A stretch of DNA of 64,000 nucleotides, from NCBI GenBank assembly GCA_012295275.1, contig CM022679.1, positions 24,428,001-24,492,000 of the forward strand, read 5' to 3'. A program made the position numbers and the translations under genes. The DNA comes from Chrysomallon squamiferum (taxonomy: Eukaryota > Animalia > Mollusca). Positions within the stretch are counted from its first letter, which is position 1. Each line of letters begins with the position of its first letter. The notes under the pieces were generated by a model. The model was not told where the DNA came from. It was given only the letters and a program-made list of their open reading frames with translations, and ran no database searches. This document shows positions 31,241 through 43,222 of the stretch, piece after piece.

Positions 31241-32779
31241 GTACACATCTTCATTAAGACACACGAAGAGGGTAAAGAAGAAAAAGAAAACATCCAAATC
31301 ATGAATGGGCTAATGAATTCAAAAGAGTCTCCACTGTCGCTTTGACTGACGTTATCTCCCTTGCAGGTGCGTGCCTTTTCGTGATTTCGCTATCGAAAAT
31401 ACCCGAGCACGGTCGGAAATTAACGAGGCATGGTTATTTTCGTGATTGAAGGCTAGACGAGTCGAGTGTTTTCTTCTGGTGGCGACGATTAAGCCACTTG
31501 AAACATATTACATTTTCTACTCTAACCATTAATACGTCCGTTATTATTCCCCGAGGGAAACAGAAAGATCGAACACGTGTATTTCACTCCGTGATTTTTA
31601 GATCGATAACTTCAGGATAATAAAATCTGTGTATTTTATTTCGAGCATGAATACTGAAATTTAATATTTCTGGCGTTACTTTGGGTACCGCAGTGACTGT
31701 TAATTGTCGTTAGATGATAACACCCAGATATACAGTTTTATAACTAATTTATCTATAAATAAATGAATCTACACCTCGGCTTGTGGCTTACAGGAAAAGC
31801 GCTTTAGGCGGAAAGACCACTGGGGTCATTTTCCTTTCCAGCAGACTATCAGATTTTGGAAAATTGAACATACAAGTATACTGGAACGTAGCCAATGAAA
31901 TTATGGCAGTATGCTTCTTTACCTATGTTGTCACGTGAGGGCAAGCTGGGATCAGTCCTTCCTAAGACTTTTATTTCAAATGTCGCGTCTTTATAACACG
32001 TAATAACTGTCAATAACAATGTACGTTGATGTGTCGTATAGCAAATACACATTCGTTCATCTATTCATTTCTTTAATATTAAAATTTTCAAATGTCCATT
32101 TATTCAGTCATTAGTGTTTTTTTTAAACAGACGGTCCCTACATAAAAGTTAATTCAATCAGAAAATAACGTTTTATTGATACGTATATTAACTTTTTATT
32201 GATAAGTATATTTGCTTTTTATTGATTCTTTATTTCCAGAAGGTGTCCGTCATTATGAACACCACAGAGGAATTCGCTTAATTTACAAAATAATATCAGG
32301 TTACAGTACTCGAGTTAAAGCACTCGAGTTGGCGAGTTTCTGGTGCTTTCATCACAGATTTTTCAGTTATTTTATTTAATTACTTCTGGCAGTTTCTCTG
32401 ATAGTTTTACATGATTCAATAGCCTAAGCTGTATCTCATTTCCTGTACGGTTTCTAATTTGTGTTTTGATTATAATCAAACTTCTATTTATTTGCGTACT
32501 GTCTAGCTTATACGCACAGTGAACACACCAACAGACGCGCACCTTCAAATGTATGCATATATACATACATAATATACACAAATACAGACATATAGACAGA
32601 CACATATACACAACAAAGCATACATACACACAATCTCTACCTCTGTCTCTTCCTATCTCTCTTAAACTTTTTCTTTGTTTATCTGTCTCTGTCTCTCTTT
32701 CTTTATCTCGCTCTGTCATACTCTCTCTCTCTCATATATGAATGTATGTGTGTATGCATAACGTTTATGTATAATGATT

Positions 32780-32850
32780 TTGAATAGCGGCAGCTAGTTT
32801 CATCTTTCTTTATCCCTGCGGTTCCTTAACCATCTTTAGCACGACTCCAT
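32780..32850 (+). mobile_element. SINE core/tail fragment
   Basis: GCGGCAGCTAGTTTTCATCTTTC...GGTTCCTTAACCAT matches 7933-7981 and the reverse complement of 31108-31118. Confidence 0.45.
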
Positions 32851-33232
32851 CAATCTGGTGACAAATAAACATAATATGTCGAAAAATGGAATATTTCTCT
32901 TTTTTCATTTTTCTTCTTCTTCTTCGAGCGCTCAGTCTCAACGGACACAGTCATGTAACCCTCCGTTTGTTTCTGCACTTTTGTATCTGTCATTCCAGTG
33001 TCACCGTAATGTATCTCTATTCTTAACCAAATTAATTGCAGCGGACTCGGGGTTATTAACACAGACGGTGACTGGCGCTCTTGGGAGGCCTTGTATAACT
33101 AATTACAGGATTTATAACATATGGTGTGTTTCATTACACCTGTCTGATGTCTAGAGAATTTCTCACGTCTTCTCAAACCCTTTGATTATGCCTAAAACTT
33201 TGATTATGCATGTTACAACGACGATAATGCTA

Positions 33233-33355
<123 letters not shown>

Positions 33356-33750
33356 GTATCTTTCTCTGTTTCTCTGTCTCTCTGTCTCTCTACATACATA
33401 CATACATACATAATACATAAAGATTTTACTTCGTATTTTGACGCTGTTTGTTATACCTACGGATTCAGAGGAATATAAAAATAAGGTTACGGAAAAGGAT
33501 GGATACGAAAGAAAGAAGGAAAGGAACAACAAATGAATGAATGGAAGAATGAAATAAGTAGTGATGGAGCTCAACATAGTAGATGCAAAAAGGAAAGCAA
33601 GATAAGGGGAAGAAAGGAGTAACAAATGAATGAATGGGCGTATGAAAAAGAAAGTGATGATAAAAAGTGGGAACATCCTACTAATGCTGTACTAATTCTG
33701 TTAGTACTACTACTGCTGCTACAACTACGACTGTTATCACACTACTACCA

Positions 33751-33783
<33 letters not shown>

Positions 33784-33915
33784 TAACCATTACTTTTGCT
33801 AATATTACCTCCACTACTAATATTAGTTATTTATAACTATATTGTTATTACTTCTACCATCTTTATTATTATTATTATATTTTTTTTTTTTTTGCTACTA
33901 CTGCTATTACTACTA

Positions 33916-33983
<68 letters not shown>

Positions 33984-34900
33984 GTTATCCTACAGTTTCA
34001 GCTTTCATGTGGTATAAATGTGGAAATTTACAAACGCGCTTATTTGTGACGCCAATAACAACAGTAAATTTAGATGTTTCACACGTCAGTTCTCAGTATA
34101 ACGCGAAATTTCACTTAATGTATTTATCCACTAATTCGGTTTACTCGAAGGCTCTTGGCCCGAGATTCTGAACATTGTGAATATATATATATATATATAT
34201 TGTACCTATTGAGCAGTATATATAATGAAGTTGTGGTGTATGTAAAAAGTTTCGAATAAGAGCGATAGAACTTTTGTGGTTTTGTTGCTATGTTGTTGTG
34301 GTGGTCTTTTTTTTATTGCTGTTGTTGTTTTAAAGTTTACTTTTAATATTCCTTTATTTTCTTTATTTTTTGCATGTTTTGTTTCGTCTTTTAAAACTAC
34401 TTTTGTATTTTATTGTCTTTAATTTTATACATTATTCTTTTATTTTATTTCATTAATTTTTTTTTTGTCTGTCTGTCTGTCTTTCTGCATTCTTTCTGCC
34501 TGAATAACTATGAAAAGGAAAAAAGAAACAAAACTACTTCACCATTCCAGTTTACATAGAAAAGAGAGAATCCGTGTGAGGGTATCATCATTTTAATTTT
34601 ATTTAAAAAAAATATATATTTAAAAAAAAAAAAAAAAAAATAAAATTTAAAAATTCGGTCAGCAAAATGTTCGGAGCTGTCTTTGCCTGAAATCATAACA
34701 ACAAAAAAAGTTAAATTACCTTCAATGAAAAACACGACCACGTTCTTTCTAATTTCAAGAGATTTTTATCTAAGTGATATTTTGGTCCTGCTAATAGTAC
34801 ACGAAAATATTTGGTTTCTTCAAAAGTTTGTTCACCCCACTGACACAAAAAAGTTAACCCAATATACTTGTTTTATCAGATTAAAGATTTAACTGAATTA

Positions 34901-34954
<54 letters not shown>

Positions 34955-35853
34955 CAGGTTAAAGATTAACTAAGTATACTGTGATTATTATTACTGGTTC
35001 GTGTCGGGTTTTATTTCATGTTATTCGAATTTAGCGGTTTGTGAGTCACTGTAAGTGGATCAAGAACAGTCTGAAGGGTTTCACGTAATTATTATAAGAT
35101 TAAAGGCAACTGTGATGTAGATTTATCAATAAACCTGGGAAGACAGTGTTCAAATTAGCGTATTTGAATCGTTAATCATTTCAGCCAACAATGCGATGAA
35201 TACAGCTCTTTTTCAGTAATTTACTAGACCGTATTAAGGGGGATTAAACCCTGTTTTTTTAATATTTAAATTTTTATTGGCTCGACGGTTGGTTAATCCG
35301 TTAATCTGTTTTAAGGTGTGGATGTTTTATATTAAGAAAATCTATATTTTTTAAAAGTTTAATTTACGTATTTTTGCAGGTGCATGAATAAAATAAATTA
35401 ACTTCTTACCGTTGTCTTCTATAACCAGGTGTATCTATATGTATGTAATTTAAAATCTTTATAAAGTAATTGTTTGCATTCACATAGCAGTATTATTATA
35501 ACTATTGGTATTATTAGTAGTTGTTGCAATAGCAGCATTCGTTGTCGTTGTACTAACAGTAGATGTAGTCGTACCTTTTGTAATATAATAACTAGTGGTA
35601 ATGGTATTTGTAGTTGTAATTGTTGCTGCTGTAGTAACATAATAGTAATATTGGCAGAATAAATTAGGATTGGTGGATTGTGCACAAAGGATGTACAAAA
35701 ACAACAAACAAACAAAAAAAAGAAGAAAAAGAAAAAGAAAAAACCCCAGATGAAAGCATGAGAGGCAGAAAGAGCGAGAAAGTCAGAGACAGAGACAGAA
35801 ACATAAAAACACACACACACACACACACACACATAATATATATATATATATAT

Positions 35854-35967
<114 letters not shown>

Positions 35968-36630
35968 CACTCAGAGAGAGACTGAAAGGCAGAGAGAGAT
36001 ATCAACGAAAAATCTATTTATTGATTTATTTATTTTTGGCGTCCTAGAAGAACATTTATCAACTTTTTAATATATTTTTTTTAATCGCAATTTTGTTGTC
36101 TCCTTTAAAAATTAACATTCGCAAAATCCTAAACGAAAAAAGAAGAACGAAATGAAAAAACATTTACATTAAAACTTCGTTCAGCTAAGCGAATTGTCAG
36201 CGTGTGATTTTCAGAAATATAAATCTTTTTTATTGCTACAATGGATTTAACGTGACAAACTGTTTGTTTTCTGGCTGCGTGATTTATGAGACTATTTTAG
36301 GTTACCTTTCAGCAACTGAGTTACCCGTGCTGACAGTGTTAGTTGTTATCATCATTTTAAATTGTACCTTCAAAGCACTGGATTTTAGGAAAATTAAACT
36401 AATAGGAATTATAAACATATTTATTCACTGAAGTTACGTTTGTTAAAAGGAGTCTTTTGTATTATTATATGCATCCAATCTTCCAAATTTTCTTTGCGAT
36501 TTTCTTCGCTAATTAACATCTAGTCTTCTGGAAAAGTTCTTAAAAGCGCACAGGTTTTGGTCATATAGATCAGAAGCTAGGTTTGTCTGCCAAAGCCAGT
36601 GTTAGTATGTTATGTTGTTAAATGGGAGCA

Positions 36631-37229
36631 TCTAACAGGTTCTTTCCGAGTAGGTTCTAACAGAGACAGGTTCTATCCGAGTAGGTTCTAACAGAGACAG
36701 GTTCTATCCTAGAAGATTCTAACAGATTCAGGTTCTATCCGAGTAGGTTCTAACAGAGACAGGTTCTATCCTAGAAGATTCTAACAGAGATAGGTTCTAT
36801 CCGAGTAGGTTCTAACAGAGATAGGTTCTATCCGAGTAGGTTCTAACAGAGACAGGTCCTATCCGAGTAGGTTCTAACAGAGACAGGTTCTATCCGAGTA
36901 GGTTCTTACAGAGACAGGTTCTATCCGAGTAGGTTCTTACAGAGACAGGTTCTATCCGAGTAGATTCTAACAGAGACAGGTTCTACCTGATTAGGTTCTA
37001 ACAGATAGGTTCTAACATAGATAGGTTCTATCCGAGTAGGTTCTAACATAGATAGGTTCTATCAGAGTAGGTTCTAACATAGATCCGACAACAGAGACAG
37101 GTTCTATCCGAGTAGGTTCTAACATAGATAGGTTCTATCCGAGTAGGTTCTAACAGAGATAGGTTCTATCCGAGTAGGTTCTAACAGAGATAGGTTCTAT
37201 CAGAGATACGTTCTATTCAAGTAGTTTCT
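36631..37229. repeat. 31-bp minisatellite, about 19 units, built of related 16- and 15-bp subunits
   Basis: Consensus AGGTTCTAACAGAGAC-AGGTTCTATCCGAGT read directly; variant units cluster locally. Confidence 0.95.
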
Positions 37230-37542
37230 GTCAACGGAACGCGATCCTAGATCAAGCTTGTTGTAAGTTTGTTAACTAGATTAATGACTGCACCAGTAAA
37301 TGAGTCTGTTTAGTAAATGTGATTTCTATCTAAACAACTGTAAGTTATTTACTTCTACTGCTACACTTATCTAAAATAAGACATTTTTTGTGGGTTAGTA
37401 TCAGCATATGTATTTCTTCTGTTATTTATCTGCGTATGTATGAGTCACTAGATATCTATGTACATATCTACAGAAATGTATAACAATTGCTCGTTCATCA
37501 AATGAAGATTTATCGTTTCTCACGTGTATGTGTGTGTGTGTG

Positions 37543-37573
<31 letters not shown>

Positions 37574-37577
37574 GTAT

Positions 37578-37647
<70 letters not shown>

Positions 37648-37860
37648 ATGTACGGCTCCCGATGCAGATTCATAAATACCAGTTAATTTTGCTTTCTTAA
37701 ATCAGCTCTTTCGTAGTCAGATTTGTTAATGCAGTTCATGTCAAGACAAGAAGTTAATTTTTCTAAAAACTGACAGGATGTGAAAGTGGATTATTAGACT
37801 GAAGAGTTATTAACAATTTATTATAGTGGTACTGAAACACACAGACAGACAGACAGACAC

Positions 37861-37896
<36 letters not shown>

Positions 37897-38010
37897 GGAT
37901 GGATGGATGGATGGATGGATGGATGGATGGATGGATGGATGGATGGATGGATGGATGGATGGATGGATGGATGGATGGATGGATGGATGGATGGATGGAT
38001 GGATGGATGG
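37861..38010. repeat. Compound (GATA)n(GATG)n tetranucleotide microsatellite
   Basis: Read directly. Confidence 0.98.
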
Positions 38011-38401
38011 TTGAATGAATGGATATAAAGATAGATATATGGATGGATAGGTAGGTAGACAGACAGAAGAACACATACAGAGTCAGATAGAAAGTCAAAG
38101 AGACAGACACAGTAAGCGGGAGCCACGCAGACAGAGGGAGACAGAGAGTTCAGCGAAAGCATGAAGTCCCTGAACTGAGTTTCTTTATGGTCATTTTCTT
38201 GCTGATAATTCAATAAAACGCAGAACAATCACTTTTATTTCGTTACGGACGTCAACGAGGTACGTGTATAAATGACTTGCTCTGAGAAGAGATGTATTTA
38301 GTGATGCAGATTTCCAATAATCGCCGATCCCTCTGTCACAAGTTGCAAGAAATGTCAAGGACACGCTGAATACAATTGGCTTGTTTATCGCAAAGAGACA
38401 A

Positions 38402-38880
38402 GTGTTGAAATTATAATCAGACAAACCTTCTCTTTACTGACATGGTTTGTTCGTGACAAGCTCTGGACTCGAATTTGTGATTTATCTATACGGTAAATGG
38501 CTTATTTTCTAAACTGTTTTTTAAGTTTAATCGTTTAGGACTTCATTGTAAAACTGTTGAAATTATAATTAGACAAAACCTTCTATTTACTGAAATGGTT
38601 AGTTCGTGAGAAGGTGTTAGAAGAACTTACGATTTCTACGTGGTAAATGGCTGTATTTTCGAGAGAATGTTTTTTTTGTTTTTTCATGTGAACTGTTCTG
38701 CATTTTGAGCTCATTACAAATGCGCAAAGCTGTTTAAATTATAACCTGCCCAACCATCACACTGAAATGATTTGTGATTTGTGATTTATCTGTGTGTTAA
38801 ATGGCTGAATTTGCTCGAGTTTCTTTCTTAACATGAACTGATTTTAATCATCTGTATGGGATTTATGTTGCAAATGCATA
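38402..38880. repeat. Three diverged tandem copies of a ~150-175 bp unit
   Basis: TGTTGAAATTATAAT...ACTGA(C/A)ATGGTT...GATTT...GTAAATGGCT recurs at about 38403, 38555 and 38731. Confidence 0.8.
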
Positions 38881-40181
38881 TAGAAAGGAATCGTGTAGTG
38901 ATTGTATTAGGTAAGTTGGCAGTATTTTTATAATTTAGCTGTGGAACAACCTTTACTTCTGAAATTTAAGTAATGTTAAAAGAAAAAGAATAGAGCAACG
39001 AACAGCAGGAAACTTTTTTAAATTCCTAAAATTCCTTTTGTATATCAAAATTCAAAGTCTAAATTTTGTGCGCAGATATATTTTGTTGTCGTAAATTTTA
39101 CACTTTTTTTTGTTTTTTGTTGTTTTGTTATGTCTAATTGGCAGTTTTTGTTTGTTGTTGTTGTTTTGTTGATATTGGTTTTGTTTGTGTGTGTGTGTGT
39201 GCATTTCTTCTCTTTCTTTCTAACTTTTCTTTGTTTTGTTTTTGTTTTTTATCGGTTTGTTTAACAGACAAAAGTAATCCAAACTTACCATCAAAAGAAG
39301 ATGCGAATCAGCCTCAGGTTCTTCGTTGTTTGTTTATGATTACGTTTAATCTTCACCAATTTATTGCGTTCCACCTTTATTTTAATAAAACATTTTAACT
39401 ATGATGTTTTTCAGACAAAGAAAGATTCTCTTTGTTCAGATTGCAAAAATAACTCGTATCCATTCTATGACAGAATGTGATTATATTTCTGAAAAAACAA
39501 AAAACAGAAAAACAACACCTATCAGTGCTTTATGTCTGTGTATAAATATTTATATTTTGTATCAATACAATAAATAAAAAAAAGTAAAAATGAAAACATT
39601 AAAAGTCCATTTTGCTCACTCACTGAGCGGTTTCCTGTTGTTATTTTCAGAGCTGTAAACAGAATAACAATCTAAAACGATTCTGTGAAATCATTAGAAT
39701 TTTGCATCTTGACGTCTCAACACTGAGACACATTACAGTACGTAAAACGAAGACAAAACAAATCGATTGTTAACACAATGACAATAATACACATTAACTC
39801 AGAGACGTCGCCGTTTATTTTGACAATGAGCAGATTGGAAACAGGAATGGCGAGTTAACCATTTTCTGCTGCGTATTTTCAAATATTTAGAACCACTGAA
39901 AAAATGCGTGTGTGTTGCGTGTGGCTGTACACACACACACACAAACACACACAAACATAACGTATTCTTAATGAAAGAAAACTTACTTCGCCCACGCGAT
40001 AGACTTAAAGAGAATTCGTTTTTATTATTAGCTGTAAGGAATAATTGAATTCGCCTTCCCGCAAACAGGAAAAAATATGCTATGGGTAGAGAAATAGTTG
40101 AAGCCAGATCATTTTAACTGTGTTTATTTGTTATTGTTTTTTGTTGGGGTTTTTTTGGGGGGTGTTTATTGTATGACTTTA

Positions 40182-40400
40182 AAGAATAATGTATGTATAC
40201 TCTAAAGAATAATAACAATAACTTTGAATAATAGAAATAAATCAGATACTTACGTCAACAAAATCTCGATCAGAAATCACAAGCGGTATCCTACACAGAA
40301 ATGTCTGTCAGATACTTCGTGTACTTCACTTTTTTTTTTTTTTTTTTTTTTTGTTTCGCTCGGTTACTTCCGCGATATGCCTGATCGAGTGATATACTTA
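40182..40400 (-). repeat. Inverted copy of 5375-5579 (putative exon 1, 5' splice site and intron start) flanked by a 12-bp direct repeat
   Basis: 40209-40398 is the reverse complement of 5375-5559 with perfect blocks of 61, 47, 24 and 16 nt. 40189-40200 matches 5568-5579. TGTATGACTTTA occurs at 40170-40181 and 40401-40412. Confidence 0.95.
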
Positions 40401-41479
40401 TGTATGACTTTATGTTTCCTTATCTGTTTATATCTATCTATCTATCTCTCTCACTATATATATAGTTAGACAGACACACAGACAAACATATAGAGAACAT
40501 TGTATCGATAACAGGTATTCTTAAATTTATCAACTCCACAGGAGAACAATTAACGAGAAGACAGCTTAACCTTCCCTCATTAGATTCGATCTCGGTACAC
40601 TTGGGTCATAAACTAATGGCTTAGCTATGGCGCCATCTAGACTGCTGATTGTTTAACTAGCATCATCAGTGAAGTCTTATTAACTTCAACATCACTTAAC
40701 AGTTTGACGATGATTATAATGTCTTCCAAATCAATTGGTTAATGAACTGGACTTAATAATATTGATAGAAAAAAAAATTAATTTACAGATTATAATCTGA
40801 AATAATTTCCAAGTGAATGCCTTCATTTATGGAAAACAGAACTAATAAAACTAAACTTAATAAATCAAATGAAAATAAGAAATAAAAAAGATTAAAGACG
40901 GAAACAAAATGTGGAAAAATTATCCTTAATTATATTAATAGCAAATAATGACATTGTTTACTCCAAAAAAAGAGGAACAAGAAAAAATAAATACTTGTAA
41001 TACTTGCTAAGTATTTCTGCTGATTAAAACATTCAAATAAATACAAAAATATTAAATTTACAGTTTAACCTATATATCACCGTATCTTTTTGTATCTTTG
41101 TATGTTTGTATACGTATACATACACGTTTTTATATATATGTGTGTGCACATTTGTGTATGTATGTGTGTAAAGGTTTGCAGATGTATGTGTTTCAAAAAT
41201 TAGTAAACTTTTATTAACAGTGAAGAAAAAACTTTGATATGGCGACAGAAAACCGAACGTTTGGAAAATCTGTACAGAATGGAATCAGTTGTCAACAGAT
41301 GACAGTTAACAATTACAAAACTTGATGACCTAATCCAGAAAATATTACCAACTGTCACTAAGTGTCTGTCATTTACCCTGTTTCAGATACAATAATTTAA
41401 CTAAACAGTTAAACAGCGTGATAGTCTGTAGTCTGTCTGCTTATAGATAGCTGTGTGTGTGTGTGTGTGTGTGTGCATT

Positions 41480-41528
<49 letters not shown>

Positions 41529-42251
41529 TTGTTTGTATGTGTGTGTGTGTGTCTGTCTTATATACATTTGTAAACTTAAATGTAAGTATTTATCTATACA
41601 CTTATCAAGGATTTAAAATAATTTAACAATTTTACATTCAAATAAAAGTTGACCTGATTATTATTTGCACTGAAATCATCGTTATAAAATACTACTCTGC
41701 AGTATTAATATCTCTTAAATCTAAACAGACGAGCAAACAAGAAATTTAGTGACTGTTATTTAAAACTGGTTTCTTTTTTTAATTCAAACTTTAATTTCTT
41801 TTTAAAGCAGCAATCTATACTGCTTAAACCAAGTGGGCTCGTAAATCAGTCAAACTGAAAACATTGTGTTCAATACCTGCAAGTGGAAGACGTACTGCCA
41901 ATTTACAGCCCGAATCTTTTTTTTAATACTCTTAAAAACAGAAATCGTTAAACTTGACAGCACTGCAGTAGACCATCTAGTAAGAAACCAGAGAATAACT
42001 TTGAGTTAGAGCGTAAACCGGGATTTTTCGAAATCGTATTTCTCTGCTTGAAAAAAATCAACAACAACGTGAGGTTATTTAATCTTTGATCTTATCAGCA
42101 CAGACAAATCTGTTAAAGTATTCCGATCAGTTCTGCCACTGATGGGAAAGAAAAAACAACGAAAATAGATCCACCGAGTTGTTTTCATCACTTCACTATT
42201 ATAAGAGTATTACTCTTTTCGATAAGATAAGAAAGAAATGTGCCTTGGTGC

Positions 42252-42404
<153 letters not shown>

Positions 42405-42564
42405 ACTATTTGTGTTGTTAGTATAAACGGAACATAATTGCCGATTGTCATACGTACTTAAATATATATATATACATACAAATATTCATATGTATATGTT
42501 TATATACATTTAAACTTTTCATTTATTTAAAAATCCGATTGTAATGAAATCAAAATGTGCACTG

Positions 42565-42608
<44 letters not shown>

Positions 42609-42681
42609 TTTTATATATGTGTGTGTGTGTCTGTGTGTGTTGTGTGTGTACGTGTGTGTGTGTATGTGTCTAATAAATATT

Positions 42682-42709
42682 TACTAAATTTATCTCTTTC
42701 TTTTTTCAG
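42682..42709 (+). promoter_or_regulatory. 3' splice site opening the GPCR terminal exon (about 510 nt 5'UTR, then CDS)
   Basis: Branch-like TACTAAA 42682-42688, pyrimidine tract TTTATCTCTTTCTTTTTT, CAG 42707-42709. Microsatellite-rich sequence stops here and unique sequence runs into the CDS. Confidence 0.7.
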
Positions 42710-43222
42710 ACTAAAGTCAAGATTTGAAACAAACTTTTCTACATTCCTAGTCAAAATGTGGTGCAACAAAACAAACGTGAGAAGACACTTTAAAATACTT
42801 AATAAGAAGAACTGAAGTGGATTCTGCATTACTCGAGGAAACGAACTGTGGAAGTGAGATTTAAGCAGTTCAACACTGACCAAAAAGAAAAAAAAAAACA
42901 AAACAAAAAAATCCCAGTTATTTATATTTAGATTAACAGTGAACCAAGTGTGTAAATAAACTGTTATCTCACTGGAATCAAGCTGACGTCTGCTGAAATG
43001 ATTTAGAATGGCCGAATCAGATAAGTTTGTGTCAGAACGTATTTTTATAGACAGATTAACTTTTATTTCGTGTCAAGACTCTGTGATAAACCTGGTAACC
43101 AGATTCAACACGTCAGTGTATAAGAACATTACGTCCTGAAAGGATCAGTTTAAATACATAGCATCAAGAAGAAGTTACACTAAAAGGAAAATAATAATAA
43201 TTGTTTTTTTTATGCATTCATC

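Noticed and set aside
36631-37229. CRISPR-like appearance (AGGTTCTA repeats with short spacers)
   Set aside because: The spacers are themselves repeated, the context is eukaryotic and there are no cas genes; it is a minisatellite.
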